Origin: Paraphysomonas bandaiensis
Taxonomy: Eukaryota > Protista > Chrysophyceae
NCBI GenBank assembly: GCA_965644295.1
Contig: CBFFRP010000395.1
Span: 1-64,000 of the forward strand
Length of the DNA stretch: 64,000 nt
Direction: 5' to 3'
Both the position numbers and the translations under genes were made by a program. Position 1 is the first letter of the stretch, and each line of letters opens with the position of its first letter. Below the pieces are notes generated by a model, which saw nothing but the letters and a program-made list of their open reading frames with translations, was not told the DNA's origin and ran no database searches. Below are positions 23,801-36,839 of the stretch, piece by piece.

Positions 23801-26800
23801 GTTGTGCTTGAAGCGAAAGACAAGAAACAATTTGACTGGGAACACTCTCAAGTAAAAATGAAACCGATTGTCTCACAGATTTCGCAATAGTATATATTGA
23901 TGAACGTGCAGCAATTCGTACAAGAATACTAGTGCTGCCGAGTGCATCCAACAGAGTACGGAGAATAGTTAGATCTGCCTCGGATAACTGCCAATCAGAA
24001 CCCTTGATTTCATTGCGATCCATTTCGCTTTCCTTCGAAACAGTAGATAGATCTGAGTAACACAACGTGAATACCTTTTGAACAACGGGAATAACTTCTT
24101 CAACGACATACGCATATTTGTCTGGCATTGCATACTCAACTACAGCAAAGAGTGCAAAAGATATATCCTGTTGAAAGCCCACAACAACAGTTCGAGGTAA
24201 CAACTGGGACAGCTCGTTCAATATTCGTACTCCAGCAAGACGATCTATCCAGGATGTGCTAAAGCTGCACAACTCAATTGCGGACAATAACAACCGATCA
24301 ACTGGAGACATAAATTTATCGGGGGAATTCGAAAATGAGTTGTCTGGGGTCAGTGAGTCCTTGAGAACGATACTGTTGCCATCATCAAGATTCGAATAAA
24401 CATTGTTGATGACAGTACTTAATGCTGACATCCACTTTCGCAATACCCATATTCCAATTCCATATACATCCGGCCTGGCGCTAGATGCACTCAATATTAT
24501 TGCTCCATTTAGGGCATCAAGCCATCTTCTACATGAAACAGTGTTCGAGACCTGGTGACAATTAAGGAGAGCAAAATGATAACATACACCAATTAGCAAA
24601 TCTTCAGCTTCCTGCCGCAAATGAGGATAACATGCAGCACATAATAAGGAAAACAGAAGGTTTTTGAGAGTCTCCTCTTTCTCCTCTGAAACATTTGCAC
24701 CACAGGTATCAGTATCAGACGAAAAAGCTGTTTTTTGCAGTTTGATAATGTTTCGACCGTTGCATAAATCACTTGGCAATTCTGGAACAACTTCAAGTAA
24801 AACTGTTCGTAGTAAATGAAATGCATTCGTCAGCTGAGAAGTGATGGCATCATTTAGGAGATACGACGTTTCTTCCAGAAATTGTTTATTTAAATCCAAA
24901 GCTAATGTAGAACGAGAGGGATCTTTGTATTGCGCAGGTGTACATTCGTCTATCTGAAAGTGATCCGGGAGAAGACTATGCATATCTTTTACGAGAGAGT
25001 GCGGCGGCGATGTGTGTGTAGGTGTCACTGGGTCACTCGCCGTGGGCATGTACGATACAGCCATTGTCAGTACTTCTGCTTCAACCCCTGGAGGCGACGG
25101 CAACAGCCCAATTAGAATAGAGCACGCACCCTGAATGCAACCATCCAAGCCAACCGAAACCGAAACAGACAGTTCGTCTGATTTCATTTCTGTAGGCTCT
25201 TCGTGAAAGTCGAGTTCCATCATTAATGATTCAACGCCGCTACTATCGCCGACATTCAAAGTATCTCTCGAGAATATGGCATTTATAAGCTTAGTATTAT
25301 TGCCCTCGTTGAAGAATTCGCGAAGAAATTTTCTATTTTTACCACCAAACTTTCCTAAAACGCGAACTGCCAAGGCACCGTAGGGATATGGTGCTGGTTT
25401 CAAATGCATACATATACCAGAAAAGACGGAGTGTAGAAGTCGTGCTTGAGACGACATTACAGAAAATAGATAAACCGGATTTAAGTTCTCTACCCAAAAT
25501 TCTAATGTACGAAGGGACAGGTTTGCGAGTGTGTCAGATGTAGTTTCTCGTACTGCACGTGAAAAAATATTTAAAAGACGAGTAAAATACGGGAGTAGAG
25601 ACTCCAGTCTGCATGGAATGGTAAGGTATAGCTCCAGTACCGCGCATCGAACACTATCATTGTTACTACGGGAGAGCAGGTAATCCAGACCATCAAACAA
25701 CGTAGGTAGAATTGAAGCTATTTCTCTGTAGGACTGCTCAAACTTTCCACCAGACACTGATCGAAAGAGAGTTCTCATCACATGGATGTAATGAAGAGAA
25801 CATGTTGACTCGCGTGCAAATCGCAAGCACAGGTGGATGATGTTCTTCAACTGGGAGCGTAGAATCTTTTCGTTATCTGGATAAGCACCAATAATTCCCA
25901 GTGTCACTTTCAGCATCCTCAAGAGCGCAGCTGGATAAGAGGCATTTTCATCCACCGAATTATCATGAAACAATGACTCTGACTTTTGCTTCGATTGAGA
26001 AGAGCTCGAGTTACTACTCCCGGATAGAGTTGGAAGTTTATGTACGAAAAAGCTTAGCGATGTGTCCATCGTCAGTTGACTACACTCTGACGACTTCGAC
26101 ATCAGCAAATAGTGTACAAGAGAAATGAACACTGGTCGCTTGTGTGATAAGGCCAACAGATAATTTAAGTTTTGTCCTAGCACTGTTCTAATTAACGAGC
26201 TGGGGCTCATGACAAGGAAAGTATGCACCAACGGTTCAAGCAGCAGCTTTACATCGTGGTCATTTTCAAACGACTGCACAGCTCCAGTGCTAGCGGCCGA
26301 TTCATTTTTTTCCATGTTTTTGCTTTCAGGAGACTGAAGGTCAGTCGTCTCTCCGCTGCTACTTTTATTCGAGGCCACATCTTTGTAGCTGCGTTCCGAT
26401 ACAGATTTAGATACCGCATACACGCAATCCAGAACCCATGCAACGTAATTTTTGAGCAAATCAACCTCATCGTCCGACAAGACATGAACAGCCATAGGAT
26501 GGGCTTGGGCAGAGGACATATGCACCTTGTGAATAGCATGGATTGTGCTAAGTACTGTCTTGACTCCGACCAGCAGTGACTTGATCAAGTGCTTCATATC
26601 ACGTGCAGAATCATGGTTAAGGGGGAGGATATTGAATATCAAACCGTCTTGTAAGGCACCTAAAATTCAAAACTGATCAATTATATAGACATCGCACTAC
26701 TAGTGCAGTACCTGGCAGTATGAGATTAGCGGAGGTTTCTTCTTGTGATGAGGGCAACAGCTCACACTTCATCTTTTCGAAGAGGTTCCGATGGTTGCCG

Positions 26801-28382
26801 ACGAATACCCCTCCAGCATCAGTATCGATGCTCAACTGCCTTCTCTGGGACTCTTCTACAGCGCGAATCTGAACTTTCATTGTATAGAACTTAAAAATTA
26901 ATGTCCTGAGTATTCTACTCAACAACTTTCTATCGCTCTGGAAATTAGCCTTCTGCACATGTCACATTACATAGTCTCAGTGCTCCACAGCATCTTTTAC
27001 CTGATCGTGCTGAGATGACCCGAATCTCTCTGCGATGCTGACTAAGATGCGCACGGATGTTGTCTGAATTGCAGCTGGCAATTGTACGTCATTTATATTT
27101 CTCGCAAACAAATATACCACTTTAGATAATTGTGCAAAAGACAGGCTATCGCGGGAGTGATGTACAAGGTCAGCAATAGTCGAGTACGCGAGGGGTCTCA
27201 GTGTCTCGTATGCCTGTCTGCCAGGACCCATAAGAAAAGTTTCGTCCAAAAAGTGGTCCATGTGTCCCGTAAAACTCTTTCTGAAGTCTGTCGCCAGGAT
27301 ATGTCTCAGGTCCACCAGAAGTTCTTTTCTCGTAGAAACGGCCTCCGCCGGACATGACCTGATGAGTTTTAAGACATTTTCTGCCACTTTTTCTTCGTGG
27401 CGCCGCATCTGATCAGCGAACCCTCGCATGAAGTATGTAATAAGCGACAGTATTTTGACCTGCGCTGCGAGAAATTCTCTAAATCGCAACTTGTGTTGCT
27501 CTGCATCTTCGGGTGATATTCGAAGGTTCAGCACCTTCATCATGAGTGGCAGGAGGTTCGGGATATTGCGATTGATGAATTTAGGGTATACTTGAAAGAG
27601 CAACATGATCAATAGTGGACATTCAGTCAACACCTTAAATGAACCACGACTGGGCAATAGAGAGGACGACTTCACCGCTGAGTGCGGCGGCCGGGAAGGG
27701 TCCTTGACGGAATCCGGTCCTGGTTCACTGAATACGGACTGCGCAGATATGGGGATATTATTGAATATAAGCTGAACCAAGTCCAGGAACGACTGTATAT
27801 ATGGTGAAGTCAATTACCAAACTAATTCAAAATGAGCAACATACCTGTACGTGACTCTCAAGTGCAGGGCGAAACGACTTATGCAGTTCGAAAATTATTC
27901 TCAATGCAGTCAGTGCATTTTCCTCATTGTCTTCTGACAGCACCTGTATCTTAATTAGTAGCGAATTTAACGCCACAATGTAGTTCAACCTTCATTGACA
28001 AAGTAAGAAGGTCGACTACATACGGCTTCAACACTTCTGTGCATGGGAATCTGTTGAAAACCTCCAAGATCGCATGCCGACACTTATTTTCATCATTATT
28101 ACACATCTGCAGAGAAAATTACCATAGTCAAATAGAGTAATATAATGTATAACCTGTACATTCAATCGAGACACAATTAATTCTCGTAAAATAGGAAATA
28201 TATCCTTTAAGAAGTTGCCAAATTCTTGAGTATGAACAATTTCAATTCTTTCCCTCAAATCAGTTACAGTCTATCAGATAAAATCAACAACATGATAAAA
28301 AAATAAATAATAACAATACCTTTAGAATTGATTGTATATTTTTTGAGGCTAATGAAGCCTGCAGATCTGCTAGATTAAGCAT
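14849..28382 (-). CDS. TRRAP: TRRAP/Tra1 PIKK-family pseudokinase (multi-exon, roughly 4200 aa)
   Basis: RERIEIVH, SFKVLTECP, RKELL..RHILATDFR, LRTLEFWVENLNP, VRVLGKFGGKNR, WTKKVVFEEGHSLPQLIHVW, FAT region WRERLP, KAELFRLK, degenerate kinase, FATC end DATWMPWV-stop. ORFs are joined by ~48-nt GT-AG introns. Confidence 0.95.
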
Positions 28383-28604
28383 AGCTTCACTCTATATATA
28401 TGTATATATAAATAAATTCAAAACTTTGATTACTAGAATTTGTAATACATGTGCATATAAATTCTATGAAGTCTAGAGATTGTTATTTTAATAACAATTG
28501 AATTGTGATGGGTAGGAATGATAAGAGCGAGTTAAATTTGAGCTGCACCACAAGTGAGAAGTATATATATACATGTATTTGAGGTACTGCAGCATAGATA
28601 CAAT

Positions 28605-28865
28605 CATACATACATACATACATACATACATACATACATACATACATACATACATACATACATACATACATACATACATACATACATACATACATACATA
28701 CATACATACATACATACATACATACATACATACATACATACATACATACATACATACATACATACATACATACATACATACATACATACATACATACATA
28801 CATACATACATACATACATACATACATACATACATACATACATACATACATACATACATACACAC

Positions 28866-28896
<31 letters not shown>

Positions 28897-28934
28897 CATA
28901 CATACATACATACATACATACATACATACATACA

Positions 28935-28964
<30 letters not shown>
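28605..28964. repeat. (CATA/TACA)n microsatellite, about 90 units
   Basis: Near-perfect tetranucleotide array with one interruption at about 28861-28868. Confidence 0.98.
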
Positions 28965-28968
<4 letters not shown>

Positions 28969-29091
28969 CGCTCATATACATACATAAAGAACATGCATCT
29001 TTAGACAGTGTCTCCTACTAAGCTTATAAACTCTACCCACCAAGATCTATACATACATATATTACAATTCAATAATAACATCTTAATAAAA

Positions 29092-30249
29092 ATGAGTGCT
29101 GATCAACTTTATTCTTATGATGAAGATAAGATTGCAATGATTAAATCAAAACATGAATGGATGAATAATCCGAAATATTTTCAAAGGGTTAAAATATCCC
29201 CATCAGCTATAGTAAAGATGATGACACATAGTCAATCAGGTGTTAATAAAGGTATTAAACAAAATGGTAAACCTATTGAAGTTATGGGTTTATTATTTGG
29301 TCATCCAGATGTTAATGATTTACAATGTTTAGTTGTAACAGATGCACAGCCAATACCTGCAGAAGGTTTTGAAACAAAAGTTGTTATTGATGATGATAGT
29401 GTTATTAATTATATGATCAATTTGAGCGCTGTAAATGAGGAGACTAGAAAGTTTTCTTATTGTGGATGGTATCATACTCATCCATTTGATGTTGATGAGA
29501 ATAGCCATTGTTACCTATCTAGCACTGACATCAACACACAACGCCAGTGGCAGCGTGCAGAGGACCCTCACGGAAACCCTTGGCTTGCGATTGTTATTGA
29601 TCCTCTTCGGTCTGTAGCACAGGGTCGCCCGGAGCTGAAAGCATTCCGTGCGTACCCTGTGGAGTACGAGCCCCCCCAGAAAGAAGCTCCTGACGGGGCC
29701 CCAGTGACCAATGAAATGAAGGCCGTGGAGAAGTGGGGTGTGTGTTGGAAGGGATACTATGAGCTGGAGATATCATACTTTATGTCATCTCTTGCGATGA
29801 ATGCATTGAACGTCTTGAAAAATAAATTCATGTGGATGACTACCTTCACATCTACGAATCCTAGAGACTCTGGTAAACGATTTCTTCATCACATCCCGCA
29901 GTGTTAAGTAACATGTTTATTGTTTTGCAGAACAACAGGCTCAACTAACTTCACGTATTAATGAGGCTGCGATAAAAATAGGTTCACATAGTGGAATGGT
30001 AGGAGCTTCCTTCCGCCCATCCGTGTCTGCACTCGCTACAGACAGCAGTAGTGCGGAGGACAAAGAATCGAAGATACAGAAGGTTGAAATGAAATGTTGG
30101 TCTAACTATAACTGAAGAATGTTTATCAGGGCACATCAGATATTGCCGCGGAGCTTGGCCAAGAATCATTTGTTCAAATTGCGAAAAATGCTTTATTCGG
30201 AAATGGTGCATACACAGTATCTGGTGACGAGACGAATGAGATGAAGTAG
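29092..30249 (+). CDS. CSN5: COP9 signalosome subunit 5 (JAMM/MPN+ deneddylase), 3 exons
   Basis: W..NPKYF.RVKIS, IEVMGLL, GWYHTHP...LSSTD JAMM motif, AIVIDPLRS, AFRAYP, YYELEISYF; introns at about 29873-29930 and 30083-30129. Confidence 0.9.
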
Positions 30250-30745
30250 TGATTAGCTTTAGTGACACTGAATCACTGTACATGTAGCACCATACCTTTT
30301 TATAATGCCGATCACGGTACATATTTTGACTCATATAATAATATTCATAGTAACTGAAGCTTCAATTATTCTTTGATATTGAGTAGTTTATCTCTTGGTC
30401 GGTAAAAGTAGAAGTTACAAGCACGACTTCTTGTTCCAAAGTTTGGTGATTTTTGTGGTCATCCCTGTTATTTTCTATGCGTCTTGGAATTCGTATGGTA
30501 CTTTATGATAGTACTTTGTTATTGGTGAAGGAATACTGGAGAAACAGTGGTACATAGCCAATAATGCACATTATTGTCGTGATTCTGAAGTATCGTGGCG
30601 ATACAGCATGAGGAAATGAATCAGTGGGTGCTATTACATGGCCAAAATGACAATGACGATTTACGCTGTAAATGTCATAATTGTGATTAACTCCTAGTGA
30701 GAATCAAATAACCTCTTCAAAGATCTGAGGTAATATGGTATAATC

Positions 30746-30835
30746 CAGGGCCTAGTAACTGGTAACAGTTAACGGTAATGTGGTAATGGCGTTATCATTG
30801 CCCGTAACTGGTAACTGGGCACACATTATTGGTTC
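30746..30835 (+). mobile_element. hAT/MITE-like terminus (CAGGGCCT with GGTAAC/GGTAAT subterminal repeats)
   Basis: Similar start and motif content at 44941-45010. Confidence 0.35.
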
Positions 30836-30862
30836 ATTAATGGCATTTTCTACGTCTTTGGC

Positions 30863-31470
30863 CTTGACAAATAAGCAGGCATCTGGGAATGGGCCCACCT
30901 CAAGGGCATCTGGGGCATTGGACTGCCTACTGAAGTCAAGTTTCCGGGCTGTTCACCTTAAGGACAGAGTGGTTGTACCTTGGTGCTTGCGGTGACGCAC
31001 AAGCAGCTTTTCGTACCGTTAAATAGTAGGAGATCAGAGTTAAGCACTAGTTAGTTATGTTGAGTTTTGCTGTTTGAGCAATTAAATGCTGTAATTCTAA
31101 GGTATTGAAATTATGGCCGTTAGTCGAAGAATACAGTAGTGGTTAATAGTATTATGAGAACTAACAACATGATGGCTACTGTAGTAATAAAACTGAATAT
31201 AATATATTGATCATACAAGATAGTGATGATGTAAGATCCTACGAGAAATGATTGGTCTTAGAGATAACATGAAATTGATGAATGAGAAGAGATGTTGATT
31301 ATAATAACGAGCTTAATGAGTGAATACACCTCCAGTTAAGTTAGTAAATCATTCAATTGTGTCATAACTTGACAAGTTAAATTGAAATGCAACATTAGTT
31401 ATGAGTTCTGACTCATAAACGCCTATTGCTTATAACAAGATATGCACTACTCCTACTTTTAGGTGTTAAT
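30863..31470 (-). repeat. Copy 1 of a dispersed element with a GC-rich structured core (30863-31015), interrupted by a solo LTR
   Basis: Inverted homolog of 55040-55658, about 84% identical by eye over the last ~95 nt; homology continues past the solo LTR (AACGCCTATTGC..CACTACTC). Confidence 0.8.
31058..31374 (+). mobile_element. Solo LTR of family 2
   Basis: TGTTGAG...CTTGACA termini, 5-bp TSD AGTTA (31053-31057 and 31375-31379), homologous to 14161-14424. Confidence 0.88.
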
Positions 31471-31674
31471 GTTAGGGGGATATATATACCTAGAGCTGCA
31501 GCTAGACGCTGTCTCCAACCTGCACTCGATTCATAGAAAAAATGACAGCTAAATTCATAATACCCCTGTCAAGTAGAAAAGAGCTGTATACTTTTAACAT
31601 GGATCCTCTATATTGTTAATTAGACCACTCAATGTTCGACATATGCAGAATATATACAAAACGTCACTACTTAG

Positions 31675-34600
31675 CTACTTAGAAGTATCTATAATGGGGA
31701 TAACTTTATTTACACTTCCACGGTAGATATCCGGCCCCAACTTAGCCTGAGGAGGTAGCCAATCACCATCTTCGTGCGGACCCATCCGAAACATTTTAAT
31801 ATTTACATTGAGGTAAGGTGGAATCATTTTATCACGACGACTGGTCTCGGATGTTTCTTCTACACGATGCAGCTGAACGGTAATGTCGACAAACCTGAAT
31901 AACTGTTAATACATTGGAAAAAATAAAACGCATACATCACCTTTCACTTTGCATATCTAATAAATCCAAGGACCCGGTAAAACTTTTTCCATCTTTACTG
32001 CCCATATCTCCCCGGCTCTCCAGCAAAAGTGTGCGAGGAGAAGGAGGGAGCGAAAAGGACAGGGCGTTCAAAGACGTGTTGACCTCTCCCTTCCCAATAT
32101 TTGACTGTCGCGGAGGTATTCGCCTCATTTCCACTGACAACTCAATATTATTCATGTCTGCAAACATGGCCTCCAATGCATCGCATGATCCTCTAAACAT
32201 ATGTTTCGATCCAGTGCCAAACGTTACCACACCTTCATCATAGTCATCCTCCGGTATTTCGCCTTGGACTGTCACTTCATCTCCAAATACATTGTAGTGG
32301 CAGAGCCACAATGGTCTTGTCTCAGCAAATATATCTTCCTTCTTACACAAGTGGCGAGCTTGTACCACCTGAATGCAGAGACACCATACAGAATTGCATT
32401 GCCGCTCTAACCTTTGCTCATTATCTACCCTCTCCTCAATCATGACTTTCATCGGTGCTTGCAAAGCTAACAGACTGAGACGTTCTTGTCGCCCCTGACT
32501 TGACATCAGTACAGGAGCTGCACGCTTCGACTCTATATCCATGCTTGTACGCATCACTTGTGAAATAGATGTGCGCTTCGATGTATCATGCATGTGGACA
32601 GTATTGTTACCAAAAGCAAGGCGGCGCGTTTGGTTCTTCTCGAGTTCTACGTTTAGCCACTCTTTAGGAAGCGGGGCAGTACTGGCGAATTGATTTTCAA
32701 TGTCCGGTACATATACGTTTCCGGAATCCTCGACTTGAATCAAAGCATATGGGAGTGACCAATTGTCCATGGGGTAGATTGCTCGATCAATTCCAACCAT
32801 GGCCTGTAAATAGGTATGTGTCATCATCATACGTAGATCTTGCGTTGTTAACACCAACTTACCCTAAGCATTGGAACTGACCGTTCCTTTGGCAAATGCT
32901 TAATTGCATACGTCATTGGGGCTCCGAAATCTAGCCGCTTCACTGCAGAGCTTTTAAACTGTGACAACGGCAGATATGCATAACAAATTGCATCGTCAGG
33001 AAGTGGGTCGCCTGTATCTGTGTGCTTATTAATATCTGCACGAGGGTCGTACTTCATATCAGTGGCCTCGTCTCTTCGAATACTGCGACTAAGATGATGT
33101 AAATGCGAAAACGCACAAGTGCGTCTTGTCTCTCTGTTCCTAATGTCCTGAATATTTTTCTTTAACTGTGCCGATTTCGCTTTACTCGTGTTCGACATAT
33201 TCGGGATGGTCCAATGCCGCTCGTTAATATCAGCATTTGGCTTTAACTTCGCGCTCAAAACCACCATTATTCGCTCTGCTTTGCAAATAAAATTATTATA
33301 AGGCCCATGGCCATCCCCTGTTGCATCACCAGGGACCATGAAATAGGACATTCGCATGTACTTTACATCCAAAGCTCCAACACACACCTCCGTGGGCTCG
33401 TCATCATCGATATCATCCTTATCAGCACTACGACTCGAAATAGGTGACGCAGATAGTCGTGCAGCCTTTTCTTTCTCAATAACTTGTGAAGTTCGACGAG
33501 TAATAACGTAAGCCGTGTCGTCAGACTCATCAGAGCATCTTTCTTCGTCACTATATCCGCTGGAGGGGTCACTGCACAGACTTTCCCCATCGGAGCTACT
33601 TGAACTTTCTACATCACCCTCCAAAATACGACCAACAGTAGTTGCCATGCGTTTAATATGGGGGTTCTTAAACCTATTAACCCGATTTCTAGTAAAGCTA
33701 AATCCTTTTTTGCATGGAGCATCGACTCTACGACCTAGAACGTAGTATGACACATTGAAGTTTTCATATACGTCCAAAAACGGTACTGGTATATCTGCCA
33801 CCTATAGTATATATTTACGTTAGTGTAAGTTAAGTACCACCACATGCCTAACCTTGTGTATAGCAACCATCATTCGACAAAGTGTAAGGTCCACTGACAT
33901 GAGATCAGGACGAGTCATCCTTATGCCATGCGCCATTGGGCTTGGATCAGGATACCCTTTGCGTTTCGTACCGCTCTTCTTTATAGTAGGTTTGGCTGGA
34001 GTAGAGTTGACTAATGCTGCCTTCACCACAGATGGTGGGGTGGAAGCAGGCACTGCAGGCTCAGGTTTCTCTGCATTGTTCTTATAGTACTCTCTTGAGG
34101 CCAGTCTTGATGGAGAGTTCTTGGCACGAAATAAGTCTCTTATAGCGCTCTCATTCATAACGGAAGATCGATTAGCAGACCCCCCCATAGACGATAGAGT
34201 TTTTGTGGCAGTTTTCAACACATCGGTCTCCCTCGTAGCCTTAAGTGCCGGCGAAGGAAGGGGAGCTGTGGACGGTCTTGTAACCGCAGAAGACCTCGTG
34301 TTATGAGTTGGAGTCCTAGGTTGCACGGGCGAGTGCAGCGACGACGATGTTGCTGGATCGTCGGTCTTCGGCTCTAGGAGGTCTGTATTATTTCTAGTGA
34401 AGACAGCTAGTTTGTGCTCCACCTCCATCAGTTTAGATTCTTGTTTGTAAAGGGCATAGCACAACTCACACACGTACAGATTCACATCAGTAGCATTGAC
34501 ATGCCGTGGACACACATCGCCGGCGGCCTCGTCAGCACGGTGCATACTCTTCATGGTGTAGCTCCCGTCTCGGCAAAAGTGAGGAAGATCGACAGCCCGA

Positions 34601-36099
34601 AGACGCGACCGCAAATGCATGATCGTGCTCTGGATCATAACAGAGGTCATACAGAACCTAACATTTCCAGCATTGATGCGACACTGACACATACGACATA
34701 AGACTGTGTGCAATAGTACAATTTCACGAGTGGTCTTCGAAGCAGTGAGAGTACTCTGCGGAACTACTGGTAGTTGATTTGCGTTGGAGTCATCATCGAA
34801 GTCATCGTCTCTTGTAGTACCATCCAATCGACATCGGTAAAAAGATTCGAGTCTACTCTGTACGACTGCAGGCATCGAGAGAACTCTCCCTGTATCAGGA
34901 CCGTAATTCGCAAATTCGAAGCCAAAAACTTCAATAAGCACGTAGTTGTTGTTCTCATCCTTTACGAAGTCCAGTGTCAAATTAGTAACTTGTTTCTTAA
35001 AAACGGCCCCGATATGTGCAGCCACACGCTTAGTGAGGTCCAGAAGATCTCCAGCAGCGCTTGGGTGGACCTCTTGCACCACAACTTTGCTGGGATCAAA
35101 TACTTTAAGCTCTTTCTTCGTAGCATCCTTAGAATCTCTGTGATCATCGGCATCATCAGCGTAGAAGAACGATGACTCACGGGGTGCATGAGTGGAATTA
35201 CGCCGGGTTTTCTTTGTGGGTGATAAGGCGGCAGTCATCGCATTCTGCTTTTCTTGCAGCGGCAATATCTTCTGCTTGCGAGCCATGGCAGCGTACGTAA
35301 CAGGAGCTTTCCTATTTCGGGGAGCAGAGGTCTTTTGTAACCACGGTTTGTTCTTAGTCGAGGGTCTATCAGATGCCACTTCTCCGACTGCCATTCGCTT
35401 AATACTTCTAATCGCAAGAACACTAGTCTTCTCATACAACTTGTACACAACCCTATTGAAGGCATACTTGTGGTATTTCTGATGTCTCATTTTCACATGA
35501 TATTGTATGCGATACACACGCGGTACATGCTGAATCTTCTGAAATGCTTGTGTAATCTCTTTCTTGTAGTTAGATTTATTCAGAACAGAGGATTGTATCC
35601 CTTCATAGGTGTATTTCTCTACACTACTACCTTCCGATTCAGGGATAAATTTCAGAGCTAATAAAACATATAAAAAATATATCAAATTAAACTAAAATCA
35701 AACCTGTTTCTTTATCATATGCAATAACTTCATTACCAGGAGGTACTGGATATAATAAACATTCACCAACAGAGCATTTATGCCTATAAATAATTATAAT
35801 TAAAGTGATTAATAATATCTCTATATCTATATATACATATACAAGCCTATTGAGTATGATACACACCATCTAATCTCTCCATTTGTATCTGTTTGTAAAT
35901 AGATGCCACTATTACCATATCCAAATATCATTATCGGTGCTATATTAAGTTTTAATGGATGATATGTACCATCAGTTCCTTCTAATGGTAATCCTAATAC
36001 TAACCATATAATTTCATGTGGTGCAACTAATTTAGAATATATATATCGATTCATTTCATGTTGACATATAGTTATAGCAGATGATGTCATCTTTGTCAT
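31675..36099 (-). CDS. Large uncharacterised multi-exon protein (Cys-pair zinc motifs, possible C2-like C-terminal domains)
   Basis: Long ORFs (621, 317, 306 aa) joined by short GT-AG introns; CRMCQC and VCELCY motifs, LCIQVVQARHL C2-like strand; ends PIIDTSK-stop. Confidence 0.7.
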
Positions 36100-36839
36100 A
36101 ATATTATCGTATAGATATATATATGTGTGTATATGTGTGTATATGTGTATGTGTGTATATGTGTGTGGGGTATAGTATACAATTAAAGTATATAGAAGTT
36201 GTATAATCTCATACACTTCAAGTATATGAAGACGAACATATACATATATATATATATATGTAATTCAATGATCTTATATATCTATGAAGTGATTGAACCA
36301 CAGAGTGTCATACTTTATCATTGCACTTCATATATATCAACACTGCTGTAATATCATATAGCGACATGAAGTTTCTCCACTTCATCGAAACTGACAATAC
36401 ACTGTAAGACAAGTGCATAAAAATGCCTATTTTTTGTTGAATATAACTATAAATTTTCCACTTTTAAAGATATATTTTGTAATACAGATATTTTCGAAAT
36501 TCCTCAATTTTACATGATACAAAAGCCATGATTTTCAGACCAACTAACTCTCTAAAATCAACATATCACACATATTCTCCTATTTCAAAGACTTTAATCC
36601 ACAAAATCCCAATATACAGATTATCTATATATACATATCGAATCATATGTATGGATATATAGACAAACAACTGGAACTCTATCCACTATTAACACTCTCA
36701 CTCTACAAGTATATAAACAATATCAAATTAAAGTATAAATAACACTGTATATTCCAGTAATGTGTATTTAAATAAACTCTTCTCAATAGATTCAAACACT
36801 GTATATACATACATACATATTCATACATATACATACATA

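Noticed and set aside
28483-29021. ORFs of MYVC or HTYI repeats
   Set aside because: Translations of the (TACA)n microsatellite; same for those at 47122-47447 and 47860-48189.
30863-31015. Hammerhead ribozyme, tRNA-SINE or SRP RNA identity for the structured repeat
   Set aside because: No CUGANGA/GAAA core, no clear A/B boxes, no SRP helix-8 motif.
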